Source of the DNA: Myxococcales bacterium | GTDB lineage: Bacteria > Myxococcota_A > UBA9042 > JABWCM01 > BTVJ01 | Assembly (NCBI GenBank): GCA_045863395.1 | Contig: BTVJ01000012.1 | Location: 1-64,000 of the forward strand | Direction: 5' to 3' | DNA length: 64,000 bases | Shown: piece by piece, positions 1-8,709 of the stretch | Numbering within the stretch: position 1 is the stretch's first letter | Layout: each line of letters begins with the position of its first letter | Translations under genes and position numbers: made by a program | Notes under the pieces: generated by a model | Database searches by the model: none | What the model was told of the DNA's origin: nothing | What the model saw: only the letters and a program-made list of their open reading frames with translations

Positions 1-5
1 GCGCC

Positions 6-929
6 TCAGAGCAGATACGGAGTCAGCTCGTCGTCGCCCCAGCGCTCCAGGTAGTCTCGCCGCGCCCCGAGGCAAGCCCCTCCCCGAAAGGCGCACCCCT
101 CGCAGCGGCCGGTGTACGTGGACGGGCTGATCACCGAGTCCCACAGCGCGAAGCGGGACCCCGGAGTCACCACGAGCACGCGGTCGTCTCGCAGGTCGTG
201 CACGTGGTCCTCATAGCCCCGCAACATGCACCGCGGGATGTGGCGGGAGACGACCCGCACGCCCAGCGCGCGGCCCCGATCCATGGCTCCCGTGATCCCC
301 GCCCGCATCTCGGAGACGCGCGGAAGTGACTCCGGGAAGGCAGCGTTCCGATCCGTGAGGGACACGAGCCACAGGGCAAAGTCCCCCACACCCCTCGCAG
401 CCCAGAAGTCGACCATCGCGGGCAGGTGCTCCCAGGTGTCGCGCTTGACAATCAGGTCCGCGACTGGTCTCTGTGCCGCCGCCACGAGATTCTCAACGCC
501 GCGGACAGCCAGCTCGAACATCCCTGGCCGCCGCATGATGGCCTCGTAGAGCGCCGCCGTGTGCCCCATGAGCGAGACATTGAAGCGGGTGACCCCCGCC
601 TCGACCGCCTCCCTGACATAGTCCGGGTAGGAGTACATCAAGGCGTTGGAGGAGACCTTGACGCTGGTGAACCCCCGGTCTCGGCACCACCGCACGAGGG
701 GCAGCAGGTCCTTGCGCATGGTCGGCTCGCCCCCCCCGAACGCAGCGGCCCGGGCGCCCGCCTCCCAGGCACCCCGCAGCTCACCGAGGATCTGCGCGGT
801 GGTCATGTTCGTCTGCCGCTGCGCGTCGTGGATGGAGCAGTAGTCGCACCGCACGTTGCACTCGTAGCCCATGATGACGTCCACCATGACGTCGCTCATG
901 TCCCGAGAGAGAGCCCTCGCCTCAGACAT
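6..929 (-). CDS. Radical SAM protein (HxsC-like, single domain)
   Basis: CNVRCDYC motif, GGGEPT, later RHIPRC and C-terminal CEGCAFRGGACLG. Start moved from the track's 1046 to ATG 929 (MSEARALS), which overlaps the upstream stop at 922-924. Confidence 0.9.
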   Translation of the reverse strand: MSEARALSRDMSDVMVDVIMGYECNVRCDYCSIHDAQRQTNMTTAQILGELRGAWEAGARAAAFGGGEPTMRKDLLPLVRWCRDRGFTSVKVSSNALMYSYPDYVREAVEAGVTRFNVSLMGHTAALYEAIMRRPGMFELAVRGVENLVAAAQRPVADLIVKRDTWEHLPAMVDFWAARGVGDFALWLVSLTDRNAAFPESLPRVSEMRAGITGAMDRGRALGVRVVSRHIPRCMLRGYEDHVHDLRDDRVLVVTPGSRFALWDSVISPSTYTGRCEGCAFRGGACLGARRDYLERWGDDELTPYLL

Positions 930-3204
930 TGGCGGCCTCCACGGGGATCGGCGGCGCATACTCCCGCCCGAAGTCGAAGAAGCCGCCGCACCCCAGGCTG
1001 TGGGCGCAGGTGGCACACTCGGGCACGCGCACCCGCCGCTCCCCAAGGTAGTTGCCGAGATTCACCTGCTCGTCCCACACGAAGACCATGGTCCGCCCAA
1101 GCTTCTGCAGGTCCGCGAGCACGTACCGCTCCAGACCAGGGAAGAGGCACGGCTGCGCGTTGACCACGAAGATGCGCGACCTCTCCCCGTACCGCTCGAT
1201 GATCCGCCTCACCTCGGCCGCCGCCTGCTGCGGGGGTGGGACGATGTCCGACTGCGCGTTGCCAAAGGGCGTCAGGAACTGGTAGTTCACCTTGCGCACC
1301 CCGAGCTCCCACAGGAGATCCGCATACTCCTGCAGGTGCGCCACGTTGTTCTTCGAGATGGTGATGTTCACGCCGAAGTCGACCCCGGCGGGCAGCACCC
1401 GCACAGCGGTCCGGATCCCCGCCACGGTCTCGTCGAAGGACCCGGGCGCGCGCGTGATCCGATCATGAATCTCCGCCGTGTGCCCATGCAGCGAGATGAG
1501 CAGGCTCGTGACTCCGCTGCTCAGGAGGCGCAGCGCCTGAGACTCGTCCCCGAGCTTGCGCCCGTTGGTCGTCACGTTGACCTGCGAGTACCCCAAGGAC
1601 CGCGCCAGGGCCACCGTGTCGTTGAGCTGCGGGTGCAGCGTGGGCTCGCCGCCGTCGATGTCCAGAGACCGGATCCCCGCCTCCCGGTGCTCCCTCAAGA
1701 TGCGCTCGATGCGCGGCCACGCCACGAACTTGCGGATGCGGTCTCCGGTGGCGCAGAACTCGCAGTTGTTCACGCAGCTATAGGTGATATTGAAGATCAC
1801 CTTGCGCTGGCGCGACGCCTGGATGGTCTCCTCCAAGGCACCGGTCGCCGCCTCCAGCCACCCAGGCGGGATCGCCGGCGGCACGAAGGCGGGCCGGTGC
1901 TGAAACAAGGAGCCGTCGGTGGAGTCGGCGCCGTCCTCGGTGGTGAGCCCCAGCTCCAGGCACTGATCGTGCAGCGGCGTCCCCTTCAGGGGGGTGGCGA
2001 ACTGTACGGCGGGCTGGGCGCCGTAGCTCTCGTGCAGGTGCCAGGCGTAGCGCAGAGTCTCGAGGACGTCCTCCCGCGTCTCCCACGGGAAGCCCACGAT
2101 GAAGTGCACGAGGAGCGGCACCCCCACCCGGGCGCACGTGGCGGCGACCCGCTCCACCTCCCGGGGGTCGAGCCGCTTCGCGATGGGCCCCTGGAGGGCG
2201 CCGGCGTTGCCGCTCTCAACGCTCACGGACAGCAAGGTCACGCGGCCGGCCATCTTCTCGATGGCGGAGTCTCTGAGGTAGTCCGCCCGCAGCCCGTTCG
2301 GGAAGTCGTAGCGCAGGTCGTATTGCTCGAACAGCCCGAGGAGCTCCTCGAAGTCGGGGCGAAGGTTGGCTATCTCGTCCATGACGAGCAGCTTCTTCGC
2401 GCCCAGCGCCCGCGCCATCAGGAAGACCCAGTGCCGGAGCGCGGCCAGTGGGACCGCCCGGTAGGGTTTGCGGCCCGTGAGCTGCCACCCCGGGTTGCTC
2501 GCGCAGAAGATGCAGCGGTGGACGCACCCGCCGCTGGTCATGAGCGGCAGGGTGGTCGCGTCGACGCCGAAGGGGTTGGACCAGCGGTCCCTGAAGCAGC
2601 TCCGCACGAAGGCCCGCAGGCGCCCGGTGTCGATGGCCTCGAGGAGGGGCATCGGCGGCGCATGGCCGCTGGGCCACGGCCTCGCCGGCTCGTCCAGGCA
2701 GCGGCGCGAGCCGGCGAGGTCGAGCAGGCGCTCCGGCTGGCTGAAGGTCTCGTCCCCCGCGTAGCGGATGATGGCGTCGAGCCCCGGCAGGGCCTCGAAC
2801 ACCCGCTCGGGCTCGTACCCCATGACGTGCATGCCCCCGAAGTGGCAGTCCGCGAGCACCAGGGGCGCGGACGGGAACCGCGCGCGCAGGGCGGCGACCA
2901 GCTCCACCGTGTGCGGCTCCGGGCGCCAGGCCCGCAGGAACGGCGTGTTGCCGATGACCACCACGTCCGCCGTCGGGGGCAGCGCGGCCAGCACCGCCTC
3001 GTTCGGCACGCCGAGCAGGAACCGGTCGCCGTCGTAGTGGCGCGCGGAGCCTGGCAGCGCGAAGGCGTCCACGACCCGCACACCCCACCCGGCCCGGGCG
3101 ACGAGGGCGGCGCTGGCGAGGAGGCCCCAGTCCGCGAAGTACGGGTAGTCGATGAAGTCGCTCCCGATGGAGAGCGGCGGGTTCACGAACAGGGCGATCC
3201 TCAC
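922..3204 (-). CDS. B12-binding radical SAM fused to a second, HxsC-like radical SAM domain
   Basis: N-terminal cobalamin-binding-type region (VNPP...GLL...VRVVDA...FGGMH), TSGGCVHRCIFC and FIVGFPWET (class B pattern). Second domain ITYSCVNNCEFC, DGGEPT, NAQPC, CATCAHSLGCGG. GTG start with GGAGGG RBS. Confidence 0.9.
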   Translation of the reverse strand: MRIALFVNPPLSIGSDFIDYPYFADWGLLASAALVARAGWGVRVVDAFALPGSARHYDGDRFLLGVPNEAVLAALPPTADVVVIGNTPFLRAWRPEPHTVELVAALRARFPSAPLVLADCHFGGMHVMGYEPERVFEALPGLDAIIRYAGDETFSQPERLLDLAGSRRCLDEPARPWPSGHAPPMPLLEAIDTGRLRAFVRSCFRDRWSNPFGVDATTLPLMTSGGCVHRCIFCASNPGWQLTGRKPYRAVPLAALRHWVFLMARALGAKKLLVMDEIANLRPDFEELLGLFEQYDLRYDFPNGLRADYLRDSAIEKMAGRVTLLSVSVESGNAGALQGPIAKRLDPREVERVAATCARVGVPLLVHFIVGFPWETREDVLETLRYAWHLHESYGAQPAVQFATPLKGTPLHDQCLELGLTTEDGADSTDGSLFQHRPAFVPPAIPPGWLEAATGALEETIQASRQRKVIFNITYSCVNNCEFCATGDRIRKFVAWPRIERILREHREAGIRSLDIDGGEPTLHPQLNDTVALARSLGYSQVNVTTNGRKLGDESQALRLLSSGVTSLLISLHGHTAEIHDRITRAPGSFDETVAGIRTAVRVLPAGVDFGVNITISKNNVAHLQEYADLLWELGVRKVNYQFLTPFGNAQSDIVPPPQQAAAEVRRIIERYGERSRIFVVNAQPCLFPGLERYVLADLQKLGRTMVFVWDEQVNLGNYLGERRVRVPECATCAHSLGCGGFFDFGREYAPPIPVEAANV

Positions 3205-3216
3205 GGTCCCTCCATC

Positions 3217-4047
3217 TCAGACGCTTGGGGCGCAGGCCAGCCACGCGACCGCGCCGGCGACGAGGCCAGCAAGGCGCTGCCACCGGCGGAGCACCGCAGC
3301 GCGCATGGCCAGGGCCGCGGGCCCGGCGGCGAGCGTCACGGCGGCGAGGGGAGCCGCGGCCAGCGCGACCGCCAGCGTCGGCGCCGCAGCGAGCAGGGCG
3401 ATGATCGCACCGGCCCCGAGCAGCGCGACCAGGGCAGACACCACACGTGGCCCGAAGCGCAGCCAGGTCGTCCGGATCCCGTCCGCGCGATCCGCGACGC
3501 CGTGGGCCGCCTCGTGCACGAGCTGGTTCTGCAGCAGCACGGCGACGAAGCCCGCCAGCAGGAGCGCTCCGTCGCGGGTGAGCTGGGCGCCGCCGAGCAA
3601 CGCGAGGGGGGCGAAGATCCACCCGTTGGCCAGGGTGCCGATCACGGGGCGGCGCTTCAGACGCGGCCCGGCGGAGTAGAGCAGGCCACCGGCAAGCGAC
3701 CCCAGCGCGGCGAGTGCGGGCCCCAGCCCGTTGAGCGCCGCGGCGGTGAGGGCCCCGGCAGCCGAGACCCCCAGCGTCCCCTTGAGCACCGCGGCGCTCG
3801 CTCCCCACGGGGTGCTCCTCCCCCCGCGCGCGCCCCCCTCGTCCTCCCACTCGTTGACGCCATAGGCGAAGGCCAGACAGCCAGCCGCTGCCACCAGGGC
3901 CGCAGAGAAGGTCGCCAGCGGCGGACCGTCTCCAACCGACAGGAGTGGCAGGGGCAGGAAGTGAACCCAGTCGCGCACCCGCACGAAGCGCACGAGCGCC
4001 AACGCCGTTACGGGCGCCTCCCGCGCGGGAGCCATGGGTTCCGTCAC
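3217..4047 (-). CDS. UbiA prenyltransferase-family membrane protein with degenerate Asp motifs
   Basis: Multi-TM; FVRVRDW, YGVNEWED, LLYSAGPRLKRRP and ADRADGIRT follow the UbiA layout. Start at GTG 4047 (GTGA overlap with upstream stop) or ATG 4035; the track's extension to 5403 is spurious. Confidence 0.75.
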   Translation of the reverse strand: MTEPMAPAREAPVTALALVRFVRVRDWVHFLPLPLLSVGDGPPLATFSAALVAAAGCLAFAYGVNEWEDEGGARGGRSTPWGASAAVLKGTLGVSAAGALTAAALNGLGPALAALGSLAGGLLYSAGPRLKRRPVIGTLANGWIFAPLALLGGAQLTRDGALLLAGFVAVLLQNQLVHEAAHGVADRADGIRTTWLRFGPRVVSALVALLGAGAIIALLAAAPTLAVALAAAPLAAVTLAAGPAALAMRAAVLRRWQRLAGLVAGAVAWLACAPSV

Positions 4048-5093
4048 CACGACAGCGCCTCCCAGACCGCCGAAAGGTCGGGCTTCAGCAGCAGGTGGTT
4101 CTCCACGTAGGGCGAGATGGTGCAGTCGCCGCAGGGCGGGGTCGTCAGCAGCGGGTGGGTCTTCGCGGGCCGGTCCAGGTCGGCGATGGGCACGCCGTCC
4201 TCGAACGGGACCATGCAGCAAGGCGTGGCGCGCCCGTCGGGGAGGATGGTCACCACATACCGCCCGGCGGGACACACCTCCCGGAGCCGCGGCCTCACGC
4301 CCGCGGTCATGAGCCGCAGATACGCAGTGGAGTTGCCCACCGGGCGGCCCGCCTGCTTCCACGCCAGGAGCCGCCGGAACACGTCGGTCGCCTGCTCCCA
4401 CGTCAGGCGCCCGTCGAACGCCCTGCCCTTCCAGCCGTCCCGGACCTCCACGGGCTGGAAGAAGGCTCTCATGCCGAGCTGCTCCGCGACCCGCAGGGGC
4501 TCTTCGATGGCGTGGAGGTTGCCGGTGTGCACCGGGCAGATCACCGCGAGCCGTGGGCCGCCTCGCCGCCTCAACGCCTCCAGGCCCGCGAGGGTCCGAG
4601 ACCAGGACCGCTTGCCCCGGATGCGCTCGTGGGTCGCCTCGTCCCCCTCCACCGTGGTCAGCACGAACTGGGCTGGTCCTACGTCGTCCAGGCGGTCGGC
4701 GAGGGTCAGCGCGTTGGTGACGACGCTCGTCACGAAGCCCAGGTCCACCGCCCGCCGGACCACTGCGCCGAGGTCCTCTCGCAGGAGCGGCTCCCCACCG
4801 GAGATGCTCAAACGGAACGTACCGCCCCGACGGAGCCCGGCGAGCAGGCGCAGGGTCGCCTCCGTGTCCAGCTCCCGGTCCGCGTGCCGCGGGAAGTCGC
4901 AGTAGCGGCACCGCAGGTTGCATCGCAGCGTGATGAGAAAGGTGACGGCGGACCACACGTTGCGCCCGGTGACCCGTGCGGCGGCGTGGCGCAGCAGCCC
5001 GTGCCCCAGTGTGAGCGGCCGCTGCAGCGCGCCTCGCAGATCGCCGTCCCCCAGCCCCACTGTCTCCGCCAGCCCCATCGGTGTGCCTGCCAT
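4044..5093 (-). CDS. Radical SAM protein with twitch/SPASM-type C-terminus
   Basis: ITLRCNLRCRYC, ISGGEPLL, C-terminal CPAGRYVVTILPDGRATPCC...CGDC. Confidence 0.9.
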   Translation of the reverse strand: MAGTPMGLAETVGLGDGDLRGALQRPLTLGHGLLRHAAARVTGRNVWSAVTFLITLRCNLRCRYCDFPRHADRELDTEATLRLLAGLRRGGTFRLSISGGEPLLREDLGAVVRRAVDLGFVTSVVTNALTLADRLDDVGPAQFVLTTVEGDEATHERIRGKRSWSRTLAGLEALRRRGGPRLAVICPVHTGNLHAIEEPLRVAEQLGMRAFFQPVEVRDGWKGRAFDGRLTWEQATDVFRRLLAWKQAGRPVGNSTAYLRLMTAGVRPRLREVCPAGRYVVTILPDGRATPCCMVPFEDGVPIADLDRPAKTHPLLTTPPCGDCTISPYVENHLLLKPDLSAVWEALSW

Positions 5094-5194
5094 GCCTGGT
5101 GAACCACCCGGAGGAGTTGTGCATCTGACTACCGGCGCATGAGGCCGGCGAACTCAGCCTAACACAGTGCGGATTCCCAGGACAGCGCCCCAAA

Positions 5195-6457
5195 TCACGG
5201 AGCTGGCGCCGCTGGGGCCACCGGCTCCCAGGAACACTCGGTCCCGGCGAGCACCACGGGCTTCGACCGGATCCCCTCGAGGGGCCACGTGAGAGACCGC
5301 ACGCCACTGCCGGGTGGGAGCTCCCCCATGTCCTTCTCCATGGCGATGTCCTGCCCGCCGTGGCGCACGCTGAGCACCGCCTTGCAGCGCCCCAGGTCTC
5401 CATACAGGTTCAGCGCCTTCATGTGCAGCTCGTAGCGCGGACCCTCCGGGCCCTCCACCTCGACGACGTCGGAGGACATCATCACCTGGCGACAGGACGC
5501 TGGCAGGCGGCCACCACCGGCGCACTTCGTCGGGTCTCCGGTGGCGATGCCGACGCAGTGCTGGCGGATGGCCTCCGACGGGACGCGCGCGCACACCGCT
5601 GCGTCCTGCTTCGCCATGCCGTGCAGGATCCAGAAGCTGGCGCACACCTCGGCGTCTGCGCTGCCCTCCTCGCAGGAGGGCTCGCCGCCCGCGGCAAGGA
5701 GCCGGCAGGTGCGGCCCACATTGGAGGCGTCCGCATCGTCACAGTCGTACTTGCCGGTAGCCCCGCCGACGCACAGCGCCCGGAGCGTGCCTGCCGGCAC
5801 GCCCGCGCAGGCGCCCCCATCCTTTGCGAGCACCGCCCGCCGGAGCGTGGCGAGGGTGAGACACTCCTCGGAGCTCCCGACCCCCTTGGCGGACGCACAC
5901 CGCTTGGGGTCACCCGTCGACGCCCCCACGCACCCGAGGTCCAGCGCCCCCGCCTTGCACTCCTCCGCCTGGCGTTTGAGGGCGTCAATCAAGATCGCCT
6001 CGACCTCTCCCTCCTTCTCTTCGACCTTGGCACGCGCCTGCTCCGCCTCCCGGCGGGCCAACGCGAGCTGCTGCTGCGCCAGGGAGAGCCGGTCGAACTG
6101 GATGCCGCTCTCACAGTCGGAGGTGCCCCCTTCGGGAGTTGCGGCGGGTGGCAGGGCTTTGCGCTGCGCCTCCAGCTCCCGCGCCCTGGCGGCCCGCTCC
6201 GCTGCCACGAGGTTGGCCGGCTCCGGCTCGGCCTCGGGGGCCGCAGGCGCCGCCGCGGCACCCGCCGGGGATGCTCCCACCGCGGCTCCCTCCGCCGGCG
6301 TGCCGTCCGTCGAGGCTCCCGCCGCGGGGGCTCCCTCCAGGGACGGCCCCTTCGCCACGGGTGCGACCGGAGGCGGCGCCGGAGCCTCCGCCTTCTTGCA
6401 CGCAGCGAGGGACGCCACCAGCCCGAGGGCTGCCAGGCAATGCACGGGGTGTCTCAT
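5195..6457 (-). CDS. Cys-rich lipoprotein
   Basis: Lipobox LAAC after a hydrophobic leader, Ala/Pro linker, coiled coil, repeated D-x3-C-x2-V-x5-R-x2-C units. ATG 6457 overlaps the upstream TGA (ATGA). Confidence 0.8.
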   Translation of the reverse strand: MRHPVHCLAALGLVASLAACKKAEAPAPPPVAPVAKGPSLEGAPAAGASTDGTPAEGAAVGASPAGAAAAPAAPEAEPEPANLVAAERAARARELEAQRKALPPAATPEGGTSDCESGIQFDRLSLAQQQLALARREAEQARAKVEEKEGEVEAILIDALKRQAEECKAGALDLGCVGASTGDPKRCASAKGVGSSEECLTLATLRRAVLAKDGGACAGVPAGTLRALCVGGATGKYDCDDADASNVGRTCRLLAAGGEPSCEEGSADAEVCASFWILHGMAKQDAAVCARVPSEAIRQHCVGIATGDPTKCAGGGRLPASCRQVMMSSDVVEVEGPEGPRYELHMKALNLYGDLGRCKAVLSVRHGGQDIAMEKDMGELPPGSGVRSLTWPLEGIRSKPVVLAGTECSWEPVAPAAPAP

Positions 6458-8328
6458 GAGGAGCCTCCTGGGGGCGCAACTGCACGGATCTCGATGGTCG
6501 CAGAGTCGTGCCCGCCCGTCGGGGCGGCCACCGAGGGCGGGTGGGTCAGGCGCCGGATCCCCCGCCCGCCGAAGCGCGCAACATACCCTCGCTGGATCCC
6601 TCTGCAAAGCCCGCGGTGCGAGCACCCGTCACACTCCTCGACCCAGCGGAACGCGGCGCCGTCCGGGTGGTCCGGCGAGAAGCCGTGCTGGACGAAGCGC
6701 GGGTCCCCCCCGAGCACGCAGGGAGGCACCCCGCACGTGCCGTCCTGCCCGCCGAAGGGGACGCCGAGGGCGACGCACTGCTCCAGGGCGGCGCGGAGGG
6801 CGGGGCCGACCGCGTCGAATGGGGCCACCCCGTCGTCGTAGCGGGTCGCCGCCTCCGTGATGGCCGCCGCCGCCGACCACACGATGCGCACCCTCTCTCC
6901 CCACCGCTCGTGCACGAACGCGGGGAAGCCCGGGGTCGTCTCCAGGTTGAGGCCCGTGATCACGTGGTTGACCAGCAGCTCCAGCTCCGTCTCGCGCACC
7001 ATGCGGTCGAGGGCGCTCACCGTGCGTGCCCAGTACCCGTCCGCCTGGGTGATCGCGTCATTGACCCTCGGCGCCTGGCTGTGGAGGCTCACGAGCGCCC
7101 GGGTGAGCCCCGCGTCCACCAGCCGCGGCAACAGGTCCCCCGCCGCCAGGTGCACGGCGTTGGTCTGGAGCTCCACCCGCACCATCCCCAGCATGCGCGC
7201 CTCCCGCACCACGTCGGGCAGCCACGGCACCAGGGTCGGCTCCCCACCCGTCAGGTTCAATGACAGAGCACCCTGGGCCCGCAGCGCCGCGACCTGCGAG
7301 AGCACCTGCTCCCGGGTGGGCGGCGTCCAGTCGAAGTCCACCCAGCAGAAGCGGCAGCGCTGGTTGCAGGCCCAGTTGACCCGGAGGTTCGGCTCGTCCC
7401 CGTCCAGCGGAGACTCCGGCGCCTGGACGACCGTGAGCTGCGTCCGCTGGCCCCGGTCCACGCCCCCGAGCTGCCCCCGGATGGCCGCCGTGGCCTGCTC
7501 CCCGGGCGGCTCCGTCGGGAGGCCGCCACCAGCGTACCGTGCGGGGAAGCCCGGGCACCGCGAGACCAGGGCACACTTCGCGCAGGCCGGGGCACGCACG
7601 CGGCCGCCGTCCGTGGACCCGGGCGACGGCCCGAGGCTGGCGAAGAGCGCCGTATGGACGGCGACGAAGCGGTCGGAGAAGGCGCACGGGGGCGGGCACC
7701 ACGCGGGCTCGAAGCGGTGATCCATGCGGTGCTTGCGACACCGGGCCGCGGCCCGCGCCAGGGGTGCCTCGAAGCGCGCGTAGGCGGCGCCCTCGACGGG
7801 TACGAAGAGCCGCACGGCGTCGGCCCCCGCCTCCGCCGCGCGGTCCACGAGGGCGCCCAGGCCATCCACCGTGTCGGCGGTCACGGGCAGACAGATGCCG
7901 ATGCGAGCCCCGAGGCGCGCCAGGTTGGAGAGGCCCTCCCACGTCCTGCGGAACCCGCCCGGGTCGCGCGAGAGCCGGTCGCTCTCCTCCTCCGCCGCCG
8001 ACAGCAGCGTGACCCACGCCCGCGTGAGCCCGGCCTCGACCAGCGCGCGTGCGCCCGGCTCCCAAGACGCCACGGTCGCGTTCGTCTCGACCTCCACCCC
8101 CTCGAAGCCCAAGCGGACGGCGGTCTGGATCAGGGCGGGGAGGCGACGGTCCAGCAGCGGTTCGCCTCCGGTGAAGCGCACGACGATGGAGCCGTCCTCG
8201 CGGCCTTGGCGAAGCTGCTGCTCGACCTGCTCGGTGGGGATGGCGCTCGGGCGTGTATCACGCAGGGTGCAGAAGGTGCACGCCTGGTTGCAGAGCCGGT
8301 GGAGGCGGATTGTCAGGACCAGAGACAC
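6454..8328 (-). CDS. Tandem double radical SAM protein (paralog A)
   Basis: Two CxxxCxxC motifs ([18 protein letters not shown]), each followed by TGGEP, a PPC motif and CxxCxxxxxCxG. Confidence 0.92.
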   Translation of the reverse strand: MSLVLTIRLHRLCNQACTFCTLRDTRPSAIPTEQVEQQLRQGREDGSIVVRFTGGEPLLDRRLPALIQTAVRLGFEGVEVETNATVASWEPGARALVEAGLTRAWVTLLSAAEEESDRLSRDPGGFRRTWEGLSNLARLGARIGICLPVTADTVDGLGALVDRAAEAGADAVRLFVPVEGAAYARFEAPLARAAARCRKHRMDHRFEPAWCPPPCAFSDRFVAVHTALFASLGPSPGSTDGGRVRAPACAKCALVSRCPGFPARYAGGGLPTEPPGEQATAAIRGQLGGVDRGQRTQLTVVQAPESPLDGDEPNLRVNWACNQRCRFCWVDFDWTPPTREQVLSQVAALRAQGALSLNLTGGEPTLVPWLPDVVREARMLGMVRVELQTNAVHLAAGDLLPRLVDAGLTRALVSLHSQAPRVNDAITQADGYWARTVSALDRMVRETELELLVNHVITGLNLETTPGFPAFVHERWGERVRIVWSAAAAITEAATRYDDGVAPFDAVGPALRAALEQCVALGVPFGGQDGTCGVPPCVLGGDPRFVQHGFSPDHPDGAAFRWVEECDGCSHRGLCRGIQRGYVARFGGRGIRRLTHPPSVAAPTGGHDSATIEIRAVAPPGGSS

Positions 8329-8400
8329 CGAGGGCTCCTCGCCGCCATCACCCGGGGAGCGGTGGAACGGCCAGCGGGGCGGCAGACGGCGTTGACGACG

Positions 8401-8709
8401 CTACCAGGAGCCGTGGGACCCGTGGCTGCCGTGGGACCCGTGGGAGCCGTGGGACCCGTGGGAGCCGTGGGACCCGTGGGAGCCGTGGGACCCGTGGCTG
8501 CCGTGCGACCCGTGGGAGCCGTGGCTCGCGTGGGAGCAGTGCTGCGCCAGGAGGGGATCGGCGTCCGGGTTTGCCCCGTTGAGGAGCTGGCTGCCGTTGA
8601 GGTCATCCGCCTGCTTGCGGACGATCTTCTCCTCCTCGCGGGAGAGGAACGCGTCGACTCGGCGCTCGCGCACCGGGAGCTTGCTGCTCGTCTTCCGAGA
8701 CTTCGTCAT
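8401..8709 (-). CDS. His-Xaa-Ser repeat RiPP precursor (HxsA-like)
   Basis: 102 aa: 56-aa leader ending DPLLAQ, then HCS-HAS-(HGS)13-W. GAGGA RBS, ATGA overlap with the upstream stop, flanked by radical SAM genes. Confidence 0.9.
   Translation of the reverse strand: MTKSRKTSSKLPVRERRVDAFLSREEEKIVRKQADDLNGSQLLNGANPDADPLLAQHCSHASHGSHGSHGSHGSHGSHGSHGSHGSHGSHGSHGSHGSHGSW
8407..8541 (-). repeat. 15 x 9-bp coding tandem repeat (HxS triads)
   Basis: Plus-strand units ggagccgtg / ggacccgtg / gctgccgtg and variants, counted directly. Confidence 0.95.

Noticed and set aside
871..4110. 1079-aa plus-strand ORF
   Set aside because: Antisense shadow of motif-bearing rSAM and UbiA genes, typical of high GC.
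8329..8400. Terminator or stabilising hairpin after the precursor
   Set aside because: Only imperfect GC pairing and no U-tract; not supportable by eye.
8407..8541. Possible CRISPR or non-coding repeat array
   Set aside because: Contiguous 9-bp units with no spacers, in frame within a CDS, and no cas genes.
8313..8606. Alternative-frame ORFs over the repeat (PTGPTA, GTRGSR and VGPVGA repeats)
   Set aside because: Repeat variation is synonymous only in the HGS frame, which also has the RBS, ATGA coupling and an HxsA-like leader.
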